A stretch of DNA of 64,000 nucleotides from Candidatus Parcubacteria bacterium (GTDB taxonomy: Bacteria > Patescibacteriota > Minisyncoccia > Phycocordibacterales > UBA918): positions 21,760 through 85,759 of the forward strand of contig JBJOPW010000003.1 of assembly GCA_046050355.1 (NCBI GenBank), read 5' to 3'. The position numbers and the translations under genes were made by a program. The notes beneath the pieces were generated by a model. That model saw only the letters and a list, made by a program, of their open reading frames with translations. It did not search any database and was not told where the DNA came from. Positions 1 through 9,947 of the stretch are shown in pieces. How positions within the stretch are numbered: the stretch's first letter is position 1; each line of letters starts with the position of its first letter.

Positions 1-1178
1 TGAACTACATGGTCGGCGCCAAAGTTAAAGGTGTTGAATTTATCGCAATCAATAGTGATGCCCAAGATCTCCATCACTCACTGGCGAAACGTAAGATCCA
101 TGTCGGCAAGAATCTCACTCGTGGTCTTGGTGCTGGCGGTAACCCAGACATGGGCCGACGTGCCGCTGAAGAAACACGCGAAGAAATTGCCAATGCCATC
201 AAGGGTTCAGATATGATCTTTGTCACCTGTGGTATGGGAGGAGGAACCGGTACCGGTGCCGCTCCAGTCGTGGCGAAGATTGCTCGTGAGAGTGGTGCGC
301 TCACCGTGGGTGTCGTCACGAAGCCCTTCCTCTTTGAAGGGCAGGAACGAATGCGCCTCGCTCTCCAAGGCATCGAGGAATTGAAAAAAGAAGTCGACGC
401 ACTCATCACCATTCCAAACGACCGCCTCCTTGCCATTGTTGACAAAGAGACTACTGTCAAAAGCGCCTTTGAGCAGTGCGACAATGTCCTCAAGCAAGCC
501 GTTGAAGGTATCTCTGACCTTATCACTATGCCTGGTATCATTAACGTCGACTTCGCTGATATTCGTAGCGTCATGGAGAACGCCGGTTCAGCCCTCATGG
601 GTGTCGGCGTCTCAGCTGGCGAAAAGCGCGCTGAGGAAGCCGCCCGCGCCGCTATCAACTCACCACTCCTTGAAGTATCAATCACCGGGGCGAAGGGTGT
701 CCTCTTTGCGATTGCCGGTGGTGACGACCTTGGTATGCTCGAAATCCAGGACTCAGCACGAGTGATTACCGAATCAATTGATCCACACGCCAAGGTTATC
801 TTTGGTGCGATCAAGGACGACAAACTCAAAAAGAACGAGGTGAAGGTGACGGTAATTGCGACCGGCTTCCCTGAAGAATCAAGTGGACACCACAGCGCAC
901 CAATTGCTCGTCGTGCCCCCATAGCTGAACCATCACCAATTATGGCCGAAACCGAGGAGCCAGTAGCTGAACCAGTTCGTGGCCGTATCTTCAATTCACT
1001 CACGAACCCACGCCGCCAAGAAGTCGACGAAGCACCAGCACCAAAGGTAGACATGATGCCAGAGCCAAAGCCTGAACTCCCTCGCCGTGAACCCAAGCCA
1101 GTCGATCCCGTCGACGAAGACGATGAGGACGATTGGGGCGCCGTGCCGGCCTTCTTGCGTCGTTCAAAACTTAAATAA
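1..1178 (+). CDS. ftsZ: Cell division protein FtsZ (5' end lies outside the window)
   Basis: GGGTGTG tubulin motif, INVDFAD, C-terminal VPAFLRR peptide; the frame is open to the window start. Confidence 0.98.
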   Translation, partial: NYMVGAKVKGVEFIAINSDAQDLHHSLAKRKIHVGKNLTRGLGAGGNPDMGRRAAEETREEIANAIKGSDMIFVTCGMGGGTGTGAAPVVAKIARESGALTVGVVTKPFLFEGQERMRLALQGIEELKKEVDALITIPNDRLLAIVDKETTVKSAFEQCDNVLKQAVEGISDLITMPGIINVDFADIRSVMENAGSALMGVGVSAGEKRAEEAARAAINSPLLEVSITGAKGVLFAIAGGDDLGMLEIQDSARVITESIDPHAKVIFGAIKDDKLKKNEVKVTVIATGFPEESSGHHSAPIARRAPIAEPSPIMAETEEPVAEPVRGRIFNSLTNPRRQEVDEAPAPKVDMMPEPKPELPRREPKPVDPVDEDDEDDWGAVPAFLRRSKLK

Positions 1179-1189
1179 AGTTTTGACGA

Positions 1190-1510
1190 GCAAGGGCCGG
1201 CGCGGCGCGGCGGACCGATGTGAGTCGCCCCTTCCTAGGGCGACGAAGCAGGCCGCCGGGGTCGGAAGTACTTAGATTTTTATGAACGTAGTGAAATAAA
1301 AAGCTTAGTAACTTCTGACCTGTTCCTGCATTTCTCCGAAGGAGCCGAACCAGCAAGCCGCAGCGATACGAACCGCTCCTTCCTAGAGCGGTGAGGCAGC
1401 GAGCCGGGTGAGAAATGGGACGGGACCCATTTCGCAAGACCTTGCCAGCTATCTTTTGAGTGAAAGCGAAAAAGTAGCGACAAGGTGTACTGAACCTGTA
1501 AGGTTCGACG
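1190..1510 (+). repeat. Structured non-coding element, family A copy 1
   Basis: Multiple hairpins; the GGGTCG..ACTTAG..GAACGTAGTGAA..CTTAGT..TGACC module recurs at 21613-21675 and partly at 19090-19148 (- strand). Confidence 0.6.
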
Positions 1511-1548
1511 GCATTCTCATAATTTAATTTCAAAACCCGATTCATGAC

Positions 1549-1577
1549 AAACCCCGTACTCTTGAGTACGGGGTTTT
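1549..1577. terminator. Bidirectional intrinsic terminator between ftsZ and the csoR-family gene
   Basis: AAACCCCGTACTC-TT-GAGTACGGGGTTTT. Confidence 0.75.
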
Positions 1578-1583
1578 GTTTCC

Positions 1584-1820
1584 CTACAACTTCTTCACAA
1601 TCGTCTCCAAGAGCATCGTCGTCTCCTCATTAGACCGCTTCCCACCACACTCCTTGAGCGATAGCAACAGATACTCCTTCACACAGGCATCAAGCGCACC
1701 CTTGGCAGCCAAGAATTGCGGCACTGCATTCGTGCATGATGGCTGGCAGGTCTCGAGGTCAGTGCGGATTTTTTGCAGCTGCCCTTCAACCCGCTTCAGT
1801 CGGTTGACGATTGGTTTCAT
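1584..1820 (-). CDS. CsoR/RcnR/CstR-family repressor
   Basis: NRLKRVEGQL motif and conserved Cys residues; start taken at MKPIVN (1820). Confidence 0.85.
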   Translation of the reverse strand: MKPIVNRLKRVEGQLQKIRTDLETCQPSCTNAVPQFLAAKGALDACVKEYLLLSLKECGGKRSNEETTMLLETIVKKL

Positions 1821-1825
1821 ATGTG

Positions 1826-1856
1826 GACGAGTATACCCCCTGTGGGTATACTCGTC
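1826..1856. promoter_or_regulatory. CsoR-family operator
   Basis: Perfect 13-bp inverted repeat GACGAGTATACCC-CCTGT-GGGTATACTCGTC with the ATACCC/GGGTAT C/G-tract typical of the family. Confidence 0.8.
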
Positions 1857-1904
1857 AACGCAAGCGTGGTACACTATGGGCCTAATTAAATTGATTGTTT
1901 TTGT

Positions 1905-2819
1905 ATGTTCGATCTCGTCATTATCGGCGGAGGACCAGCTGGCGTATCAGCTGGCGTCTATGCTGCTCGCAAGCGTTTGACCACGTGCTTCATCACCAAG
2001 GATTGGGGTGGCCAGAGTATTGTCTCAACCGATATCCAAAACTGGATTGGTACCCCTTCAATTAGCGGCGACAAACTCGCTTCAGACCTCAAGGCCCACC
2101 TCCTCTCCTACGCCGGCGAATATGTGACGGTAAAGAACAACCTCGTCACCAACCTCACAAAGGGTACAGACACCCACACAGTAACTCTCGACAACGGCGA
2201 GACCATCGAAGCCCGTGCCATCCTCATTGCGTCAGGTTCAGCGCGACGTCGCCTCTCTATCCCTGGCGCTGATACCTACGAACACAAAGGGCTCACCTAC
2301 TGTGCTTCGTGTGATGGTCCACTGTTTGCTGGACAGGACGTCGTTGTCGTAGGTGGCGGGAACGCCGGTTTTGAAACCGCCGCCCAGCTCCTCGCTTACA
2401 CAAAAAGTGTCATCCTCCTCTCTCGCAGTGAGTTTAAGGCCGACGCCATCACGGTCGAGAAGGTGCTCGCCCATCCGAACATGACTGCCCTCACCCACGC
2501 CGAACCAACTGCAGTCTTGGGCGAACAGTTCGTCACCGGTCTCACGTACAAGACTGCTGATGGTGAAGAAAAGACCATCGCGGTTGTTGGTATCTTTGTC
2601 GAAGCGGGTATGCTCCCGAATACCACCTACGCCAAAGACGCCGTCACCCTCGATGCTTTTGGTCGGGTCGAAATTGATCCGTGGACACAGCGCACTACCA
2701 CCCCTGGTATCTGGGCCGCTGGTGACTGTACGAATGTGAAGTACCACCAGAACAACATCGCCGCTGGCGACGCTGTCCGCGCGCTTGAGGACATCTATGT
2801 CACATTGAAGGCAAGATAA
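1905..2819 (+). CDS. trxB: Thioredoxin reductase / AhpF-C-like FAD oxidoreductase
   Basis: GGGPAG FAD motif, CASCDG redox motif, GGGNAG, AAGD. Confidence 0.88.
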   Translation: MFDLVIIGGGPAGVSAGVYAARKRLTTCFITKDWGGQSIVSTDIQNWIGTPSISGDKLASDLKAHLLSYAGEYVTVKNNLVTNLTKGTDTHTVTLDNGETIEARAILIASGSARRRLSIPGADTYEHKGLTYCASCDGPLFAGQDVVVVGGGNAGFETAAQLLAYTKSVILLSRSEFKADAITVEKVLAHPNMTALTHAEPTAVLGEQFVTGLTYKTADGEEKTIAVVGIFVEAGMLPNTTYAKDAVTLDAFGRVEIDPWTQRTTTPGIWAAGDCTNVKYHQNNIAAGDAVRALEDIYVTLKAR

Positions 2820-2829
2820 CAGTGACTTG

Positions 2830-2870
2830 AAAACAAAAACGCACTCCCGTCGGGAGTGCGTTTTTGTTTT
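2830..2870. terminator. Bidirectional terminator
   Basis: AAAACAAAAACGCACTCCCG/CGGGAGTGCGTTTTTGTTTT between convergent genes. Confidence 0.8.
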
Positions 2871-3597
2871 AGGTAGTATAGTCCTGGAAAGTGGCCGGTG
2901 TCACCACCCGTGGGAAGTGTTCACGGTATTCCGGATTGGCCTCGAGCCAGCGACTAATATCCGTCCACCTGAGGCCATGAAAGCCAAAGGAGTCCACGTA
3001 GTGATAATGATCCTTTGAACGCCCTTCATAGGAGAAGGCTTCGGCCACTGGCACCGGTGCAAAGCGGATCCCTTTCGCTTCAAGCTTCGCCTTTTCAGTA
3101 TAACATTGTGCCCAGTCTTCTGGTTCGGTCAAGGTGAAGTCGCCAGCGGCAGCGAGCTTTGCGGTAAGGGCGAGGAGCTTCTGGCTCCGCCACGAGAAGC
3201 CACCGTTACCGACCACGAGCTGCCCAATCGATTCGACCGGTACGTCGTGTCGCTCGACCGTCCACTGCCCGATCTCAATCGGTGCGCCGATATAGTCGTA
3301 CTCACGCCAGCTATCCTGCCAGGCACTGGGATTGAGAACAAAACCATCATATTGAATAATCAATGCATATGGTGTATCGATATATTTATGAAGCTCGGTC
3401 AAGCAAAACTGCGAGTAAGCTTCAATGGAGAGAATGGGCTTAATAGCCACTTGTCGTTCGTCACTAGTAGGAATAGAGGTGAGAAGCTTCACTGCTCCAA
3501 ACTCTACTTCTTTCGTTGATATATCAGCTGCTAAAGCGAGTCGCTTGAAATTAAGACAATCAATACCAACAAGGGTCACGTCCGACAATTCAATCAT
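2869..3597 (-). CDS. DUF5672-like (glycosyltransferase-like) protein
   Basis: LIIQYDGF, YDYIGAP, VGNGGFSWRS, PED and FGFHG motifs. Confidence 0.75.
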   Translation of the reverse strand: MIELSDVTLVGIDCLNFKRLALAADISTKEVEFGAVKLLTSIPTSDERQVAIKPILSIEAYSQFCLTELHKYIDTPYALIIQYDGFVLNPSAWQDSWREYDYIGAPIEIGQWTVERHDVPVESIGQLVVGNGGFSWRSQKLLALTAKLAAAGDFTLTEPEDWAQCYTEKAKLEAKGIRFAPVPVAEAFSYEGRSKDHYHYVDSFGFHGLRWTDISRWLEANPEYREHFPRVVTPATFQDYTT

Positions 3598-4034
3598 TGG
3601 AAAAATTATATCACGACACGCAAAACGCGCCCCAGCCGGGCGCGTTTTGCTTTGTACAACGTAGAGTTTGGTCGGCATGCTCCGGCTCCTCGAGGGAACC
3701 ATAGTATGGAGAATCACCACCATGTCGACCTAGATATATGGTCTCATGCTCCCAGAATTGGTCAATACACAAATACATCCCTAATCGAGCCTTATATTGC
3801 AACACTCTGTGTATAACGAGGGGAAAACCCCGTGGGAAACTTCGGTATAACTGTGTCAGTAAATGGGTGTGTTACTCAATTGACAGCTGTGGTACTGCTG
3901 TTACCTTAAAAGTAACCCGTGATGTAGTGACAGCCAGAACCACTACTACCAGTTGCCCAGGAGTCTGTCGGCAACCTCTCAAACTACTCTGGAACGAAGT
4001 ACATATTATTAGTGTTCCTTAAGTACACAAACCT

Positions 4035-4412
4035 ATGGAAAAGATTTATTCATTGTTGATTGCGAGTGACGAATTATTCACCTGTAGTGCCATCTATCGC
4101 TACAGTCATAAACACGATTTCAAGCTTCGTCTTGGACGTGACGAAGAGATCAAAATCGCGCTGCCGATGCACCTAAAATCGGTGCCGCTCGAAGATATCA
4201 ACTTAATCTACAATCCTCAGATGATTGATATTTTCTACGCCAAGATTCTACAGACCCAACAAAAGTTCACTACCCTCAGACACATTATTTTACGAATGCG
4301 TCCCTACGAAATCGGCTCCACTCATATCGGCATCGCCACGAGTACAGATGCTCACGACTATGCCGCTGAAAGTCATGCTATTCCACTCGGATGGGAACCA
4401 ATGGTTGCCTAA
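4035..4412 (+). CDS. Hypothetical protein
   Basis: 125-aa ORF with ATG start; no recognised motif. Confidence 0.5.
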   Translation: MEKIYSLLIASDELFTCSAIYRYSHKHDFKLRLGRDEEIKIALPMHLKSVPLEDINLIYNPQMIDIFYAKILQTQQKFTTLRHIILRMRPYEIGSTHIGIATSTDAHDYAAESHAIPLGWEPMVA

Positions 4413-4450
4413 GTTTTTATCTTTTCTCTACCACAGAGCAAAACTACTAT

Positions 4451-6376
4451 CTACACCATTTTTTCTTTCATGAATAAAAGCCGCAAACCGTTACCAACTA
4501 CAAGGAGTGTCCCACCCTCGTGCCCGATGACACCGAGTGGCAGTGGCAGGTAAAAGAATACGGTAGTAACGACCATAAGGACCATAATCCCGCAGGCAAA
4601 GATGAGGTTCTGTCTGATAATGCGGTTCGCACTCCGTGAGAGTGTGTACGCATAGACGAGCTTCCGGAGGTCATCAGACAGGAGTGCCACATCAGCTGCC
4701 TCAATCGCGGCATCAGTGCCAGCGACACCCATGGCAATACCGACCCGGGCAGTCGCAAGCGCGGCCGCATCATTCACGCCATCCCCCACAAACGCCACCT
4801 TGCCTTTCGAAGCGAGGGCCGAGACCGCGTCCACCTTATCCTCTGGTAGGAGTCCTCCCTGTATCTCACTCTCACTGAGGCCGAGCTTCGCTCCGATAGC
4901 AGCCGCCACCACGCGCGAGTCACCGGTCAGCATCACGATATCCCGCACGCCAACCGCCTTCAGTTCTCGTAGGGCACCGACCGCTGTCTCGCGGATAGTG
5001 TCTGCGAGTGTTATATATCCGAGGACCGTCTCCCCTTCACCAATGATAATTGGCGTCTCACCAAGTGCCTCGCGCGCCGCGAGTGCTGTCTCTTCGGCCT
5101 CAGGGAGCATGGCGCGGTAGTCGGCCATCATGGCGCGGTTCCCGGCCCAGTAGGTCGAGGCGCCAAGGGTGGCCGTCACGCCTTTGCCTGGTACGGCAGT
5201 TGCCTCACCCTCGTGCCCGACTTGCACCCCACGACTCGTCACGTACGCCACAATACTCTCAGCGAGTGGGTGTGTTGAATGGGCCTCAAGCTGCCCCGCG
5301 ATCTTGAGAAACACCTCCTCCTCACCAAAGGCCACTACCTGGGTCACCTCCATCACCCCGTGGGTGAGGGTGCCGGTCTTATCAAGCGCGAGCACTGTCG
5401 TATTACCAAAGTCCTCAAGTGCTGCCCCACCTTTAAAGAGCACGCCATGCCGGGCTGCCGCAGCCAAGGCCGAGAGTACCGCCGCCGGTACACTAATCAC
5501 GATAGCGCAGGGACTCGCCACTACGAGTAAGGTCGCCGCCTTATAAAACGCTTCGCCTGATGGTATCCCGAGGAGCAAAAATGCCCCGAGTGCGAGGATG
5601 CTTCCAACCAGTACCACAATCGTGTACCGCTGCCCGAACCAATCGCCGAAGCGTTCACTTGGCGAGCGCTTCGCCTGGGCTTCGGTCACCAGTGCAATCA
5701 TTCGCGCGAGGGTTGACTGCGACGCGAGGGCGGTCACCTCGATGGTGAGCATAGCGTTTTCGTTTACCGATCCGGCAAAGACCTTATCTCCCGCTGCCTT
5801 ATCGACCGGCACCGACTCACCGGTGATACTGGCTTGATTGACCGCCCCACTACCCGATACCACTACCCCATCAATCGGTACGCGCTCCGCTGGCCGCACC
5901 ACCACCACGTCCCCTAGGGCAAGCATTTCTACCGCCACCCGTTCAGTGGAGCCATCAGCTTTCTTGCGGTTTGCTTCGTCTGGCCGCATGTCCATCAGCG
6001 CTGCGACCGAGCGCTTCGTGTTCCCCATCGCGTAGTGTTCAAGCGTCCCGGCGAGACTAAAGAGGAAGAGGAGGATAGCACCATCACGTACTTCCCCGAC
6101 GCCAGCGGCTGCAAGCGCGGCGAGTACCATGAGGAGGTCTATATTGAGCTCCTTTTCAAGAAGCGAGGCAAAGGCCTCTTTTGCGGCCGGTAGTCCACCC
6201 GCCAGGTACGCCATGATGTAGAGTCCGGCTGTGACATACATCGGCCATTCGAGCCAGGTACCAAGTACCCCACCGACGAGGCCGATACCCGTGAGTGCGG
6301 TGAGGATACTCTGTATCCAGAGATCACGCCTGTCCGCCGCTATTTCTGCTAAAATCTTTGCTTTAGTTTTGTCCAT
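4451..6376 (-). CDS. Heavy-metal P1B-type ATPase (P1B-4-like, Co/Zn/Cd/Fe)
   Basis: TGES, SPC, DKTGT, HP, GDGVND and HEGGT motifs; no N-terminal HMA domain. Confidence 0.93.
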   Translation of the reverse strand: MDKTKAKILAEIAADRRDLWIQSILTALTGIGLVGGVLGTWLEWPMYVTAGLYIMAYLAGGLPAAKEAFASLLEKELNIDLLMVLAALAAAGVGEVRDGAILLFLFSLAGTLEHYAMGNTKRSVAALMDMRPDEANRKKADGSTERVAVEMLALGDVVVVRPAERVPIDGVVVSGSGAVNQASITGESVPVDKAAGDKVFAGSVNENAMLTIEVTALASQSTLARMIALVTEAQAKRSPSERFGDWFGQRYTIVVLVGSILALGAFLLLGIPSGEAFYKAATLLVVASPCAIVISVPAAVLSALAAAARHGVLFKGGAALEDFGNTTVLALDKTGTLTHGVMEVTQVVAFGEEEVFLKIAGQLEAHSTHPLAESIVAYVTSRGVQVGHEGEATAVPGKGVTATLGASTYWAGNRAMMADYRAMLPEAEETALAAREALGETPIIIGEGETVLGYITLADTIRETAVGALRELKAVGVRDIVMLTGDSRVVAAAIGAKLGLSESEIQGGLLPEDKVDAVSALASKGKVAFVGDGVNDAAALATARVGIAMGVAGTDAAIEAADVALLSDDLRKLVYAYTLSRSANRIIRQNLIFACGIMVLMVVTTVFFYLPLPLGVIGHEGGTLLVVGNGLRLLFMKEKMV

Positions 6377-6566
6377 AATGGGACTAGTATAGCAAGGAAG
6401 TACCCATCAGACGACAAAGACTAATATCTCACCGTAAACTAGACCACTATGCGACTCTTCCAAACGCCCGACAGTATACCACCAGGCAGTAATTTCAAGC
6501 TAGCATTTTGCCAATTTTTTGGTATGATGTCGCCACATTAATGTCCGTTTCGCTACAGACATTTTT

Positions 6567-6641
6567 GGCCCTATCGTCTAGCGGCTAGGACACAGGATTC
6601 TCATTCCTGTAACCGGGGTTCGATTCCCCGTAGGGTCACCA
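6567..6641 (+). tRNA. tRNA-Glu(CTC)
   Basis: Cloverleaf; anticodon arm CAGGA-TTCTCAT-TCCTG; GTTCGATTC; encoded CCA. Confidence 0.95.
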
Positions 6642-6678
6642 AAGAGTGCATCGGTTCAAGCGTCCGAGAAAGATTATC

Positions 6679-7533
6679 ATGGACAACAAATTCCCAAGTT
6701 TAAATATAAAAAAGTTTTCGCATAGCTACAGCACATTTTTTGATGCAGCAAAACATGTATTAAAAACTGCATACACAAACGGCACTCTACTTCACATTCT
6801 GCCTGAAAAGATCTGTAAGCAATATCGATATAGTGAACATAACCGTAATCATCTTGGGTTGATGAATTTTTTAGAAAGTTCGTATATTTTAAAAGAAGAT
6901 AAAGATGGGTTTATCTCATTTTTGAATGAAGTAATTCCTGAAGTATTAAAACTTTACCAACGATCGTCATATGAACTTGATGGGATAAATAAAAAACTTA
7001 GCGAAACACTTTTAGATTTTATTGATCTAGTAATTAGCACTAATGAAGTAGAGGTTTTCGATCTGGACTTTTTCTATGACAAAAAAGATAGATCATTCAA
7101 AAGAAAACTTGATGATGTAACAATTGAAGTTATAAATCGAAACACTTCTAACCTTGATGAAGATGATACTAACAAATTACGTTACGATGAGTGTGTCGCG
7201 GAGTTTTTAGCATTCAGACATGACGGACAATCAAATAAGCATCTTTTTTACAACCAATCTCTAGATAAGTTAAAGAGGATTATAGAAAATACACTTGAAA
7301 AACTTTACACTAAAGAAGATGGTACCTTTCCTAAACTAAGTAACAAGAAGCAAATCTCAAATATTCTCTTTGATGATCAAAATCCTGATTTTGAAAATCG
7401 TATTGGATACGTTGTGTCAAATATTCATCATGAGCAAGGTGGTCAGCCAAAGAAATTTACTGAGAAAGAATATGTATACCTTTGGCTAGAACTAAACCAA
7501 ATTCTATACTTACTTAATAGGTATAAAAAATAA
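6679..7533 (+). CDS. AT-rich hypothetical protein, possibly Abi/HEPN-like defence protein
   Basis: Long ORF visibly more AT-rich than its flanks, directly after tRNA-Glu; function is a guess. Confidence 0.6.
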   Translation: MDNKFPSLNIKKFSHSYSTFFDAAKHVLKTAYTNGTLLHILPEKICKQYRYSEHNRNHLGLMNFLESSYILKEDKDGFISFLNEVIPEVLKLYQRSSYELDGINKKLSETLLDFIDLVISTNEVEVFDLDFFYDKKDRSFKRKLDDVTIEVINRNTSNLDEDDTNKLRYDECVAEFLAFRHDGQSNKHLFYNQSLDKLKRIIENTLEKLYTKEDGTFPKLSNKKQISNILFDDQNPDFENRIGYVVSNIHHEQGGQPKKFTEKEYVYLWLELNQILYLLNRYKK

Positions 7534-7718
7534 ATTGCAAATCCTATCACTTGAGCAAAAGGTACACGAGCTTAATACCCTGGTACATAAATGTCTAAAA
7601 GAAGAAGATCGACTTGAGCAAGACTTCAAAGGCTATGATTAAAACAGCAACTTAAATCTAAAGCTAACGACTATACATAAGAAGTGACACTCTCCCCTAA
7701 CAGGAGTATTATAGGGAT

Positions 7719-8390
7719 ATGAAAAACAACACAATTTTGATCGCTCTTGGAGCGCTGGTACTCGGTGGACTTGGCGGTTATGGCCTCGCGTCCGGACATG
7801 GTGATTGGTCACGTGGTGGCTATAAGGACCGTGACCGCGACGACGCTACCCCGATGGGTATGCACCGGATGCCGGACGGCTCGATGATGGGTAATACTAC
7901 CAATACACCAAACAATACCGGTATGGGGATGATGGGTGGTATGGGGATGGGTATGATGATGGTCAGTAGTGAAAAAGAATTCCTCACGGAGATGATTCCC
8001 CACCACGAAGAAGCGGTAGTCACTGCGAAAGAAGTGCTCACTCGTGGCGCCACCACCCCAGAGATCAAGACGCTCGCTGAAGGGATCATCACCGCCCAGG
8101 AAAAAGAAATTGCGAGTATGAAGACCTGGTATGCCGCCTGGTACGGTACTCCATACACACCGTCTGGCAAGTACGAACCGATGATGCGCGACCTCAGTAA
8201 GCTCAGTGGGAAAGACCTCGACAAGACCTTCCTCGAAGACATGGTCATGCACCATATGGGTGCTATCATGATGGCCCATAGTGTACAGGGTGTCATCGAA
8301 CACAAGGAGGTGGAAGATTTGAGCAAAGCAATTATCGAATCACAATCAAAGGAAATTCGGCTGATGCGCCAACTTCGAGTAGGGTTATAA
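7719..8390 (+). CDS. DUF305 (CopM-like) secreted Met/His-rich metal-binding protein
   Basis: N-terminal TM, Met-rich linker, MIPHHEEAV and MVMHHMGAI repeats, QEKEI/QSKEI. Confidence 0.9.
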   Translation: MKNNTILIALGALVLGGLGGYGLASGHGDWSRGGYKDRDRDDATPMGMHRMPDGSMMGNTTNTPNNTGMGMMGGMGMGMMMVSSEKEFLTEMIPHHEEAVVTAKEVLTRGATTPEIKTLAEGIITAQEKEIASMKTWYAAWYGTPYTPSGKYEPMMRDLSKLSGKDLDKTFLEDMVMHHMGAIMMAHSVQGVIEHKEVEDLSKAIIESQSKEIRLMRQLRVGL

Positions 8391-8409
8391 GAGTAAAAGA
8401 GGAAAGATT

Positions 8410-8443
8410 CACAAGACCGCAGGCGAGTGCCTGCGGTCTTGTG
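8410..8443. terminator. Terminator-like hairpin
   Basis: CACAAGACCGCAGGC/GCCTGCGGTCTTGTG. Confidence 0.6.
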
Positions 8444-8538
8444 CTTAGACATTACCGCGCACTATTGATTTTTAGACAAAAGTATTGTATTATCAAATAA
8501 GTTAGTGCTGCACACCGCCACCAAAATGGAGTTTTAAA

Positions 8539-8997
8539 TTGAAGGTAACCGTCACTTCTGTCCTACCCACAAACGGTGCTGTCGTCTGGAAGCTCTTGAA
8601 ACAGACTTCAACCCTCATCTATGTGGCTGGCGGTTGGATGACCTACGACGGTGCTACTGATCTACCACCGACATGGCAAACAGGGGCCACCATGAACCTC
8701 AAGCCGAAACTTTGGGGTCAGCCACAAGGCGATCACATCGTGCAGGTAGTTGCCGTCAATGATGCCGACCGGATCATTGAGACACGTGAACATGGGGCCA
8801 GCATCACCAAGTGGGACCATACCATGCGGGTAATGGGCAATTCATCCAACACCTGCCTACTCGTCGACACCATCGAGATCGAAGCGGGCTGGCGAACCTT
8901 GGCAATCGCGACTTTTGCGTGGTTCTTCTATCGCCATCGTCATAGACGGTGGCTACAGCTTATCGCACATGAAACGAAACTGATGACCGCCAGCTAA
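8539..8997 (+). CDS. SRPBCC/START-like hypothetical protein
   Basis: WDH..DTIEIEAG..FFYRHRH pattern; TTG start. Confidence 0.6.
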   Translation: MKVTVTSVLPTNGAVVWKLLKQTSTLIYVAGGWMTYDGATDLPPTWQTGATMNLKPKLWGQPQGDHIVQVVAVNDADRIIETREHGASITKWDHTMRVMGNSSNTCLLVDTIEIEAGWRTLAIATFAWFFYRHRHRRWLQLIAHETKLMTAS

Positions 8998-9067
8998 AAC
9001 GCCGAGAGACGAGGACTATCGAGTCTTCGTCTCTCGACACCCCTCCCCCCGCCCTGACCAGCGGTTT

Positions 9068-9544
9068 TTACTTTTCTGCTTTTAATATGGCTTTGAGATC
9101 TTTCAGTAGGTCAAGCGCATGGGTAGCTGGATCAACTTCAGGATAGACTTTGGCTACTTTACCGTCTCGCCCAATAAGGTACGAAATACGGTTAGTACCA
9201 CGAACTTCTTTACCGTACATCTTTTTTACGACAAAGGCGCCGTACTTGTCCATCATCTCCATAGTAGGATCAGAGAGGAGCGTAAATGGTAGTGCGTATT
9301 TCTCGGCAAACTTCTTGTGGGACTTTGCGGTGTCTTTGCTAACTCCAAAAACATTCACCTTCATCCGTTTGAAGTCTTTGTAGACATCGGCAATCATGCA
9401 GGCTTCTTTGGTACAGCCAGGCGTATCATCCTTGGGATAAAAGTAGATAATCGTCCACTGCCCCATTAATTCCTTGTGGGTATGGGTAACTCCATCTTGA
9501 TCAACGAGTGAAAACGCTGAGGCTTTTTTACCAATTTTTAGCAT
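9068..9544 (-). CDS. bcp: Peroxiredoxin BCP/PrxQ
   Basis: YFYPKDDTPGCTKEAC. Confidence 0.95.
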   Translation of the reverse strand: MLKIGKKASAFSLVDQDGVTHTHKELMGQWTIIYFYPKDDTPGCTKEACMIADVYKDFKRMKVNVFGVSKDTAKSHKKFAEKYALPFTLLSDPTMEMMDKYGAFVVKKMYGKEVRGTNRISYLIGRDGKVAKVYPEVDPATHALDLLKDLKAILKAEK

Positions 9545-9626
9545 ATCTTCGAGTATAACAAATTCTCTTTTGATACTGCCAGAGACACTTACGGCCCGCG
9601 TGGGAGAGGCGGGCCGGTGACTTTGG

Positions 9627-9839
9627 TTAGCGGGCGGTGACCTGAAGTCGGGTTTCGGCGAGGCGACGCGTGAGCACTGCTGTCCTCACCAAAACGTGAC
9701 GGTCTGTCTGATCACATTGACGACACTCGCTAAGGACAACCTCGTATTGACTGGCATCAAAGCGCGAAACGAATTCCAGCTCCTGCTCGTAGGTCTCATC
9801 AAAGTCCGCGAAAGGGTCAGCGACGGGGTCGGGCTGCAT
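9627..9839 (-). CDS. Small hypothetical protein
   Basis: 70-aa ORF with an upstream GAGGT and a CxxC. Confidence 0.4.
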   Translation of the reverse strand: MQPDPVADPFADFDETYEQELEFVSRFDASQYEVVLSECRQCDQTDRHVLVRTAVLTRRLAETRLQVTAR

Positions 9840-9947
9840 GGTTACCTCGCTAGATAAGAAGAGCTTATGTTTTTAATTTATGCTACCGTGCCGCACTTGG
9901 CAAGACTTTAGTCATTAACATGATTGCCAAAAGACTAGGCCTGCCTC

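Noticed and set aside
74-1096. 340-aa antisense ORF over ftsZ, and many similar shadow ORFs over valS, lepA, pyrG and the surface genes
   Set aside because: Fully overlap well-supported genes on the other strand or frame and have no motifs; explained by codon bias
3600-4030. Long intergenic gap with one DnaA-box-like TGTGTATAA and short ORFs
   Set aside because: A single box with no cluster and no dnaA nearby; the short ORFs have no support
6642-6670. GGTTCAAG after tRNA-Glu as an att-site remnant
   Set aside because: Too short and does not match the tRNA-Glu 3' end; no direct repeat found at the far side of the AT-rich gene
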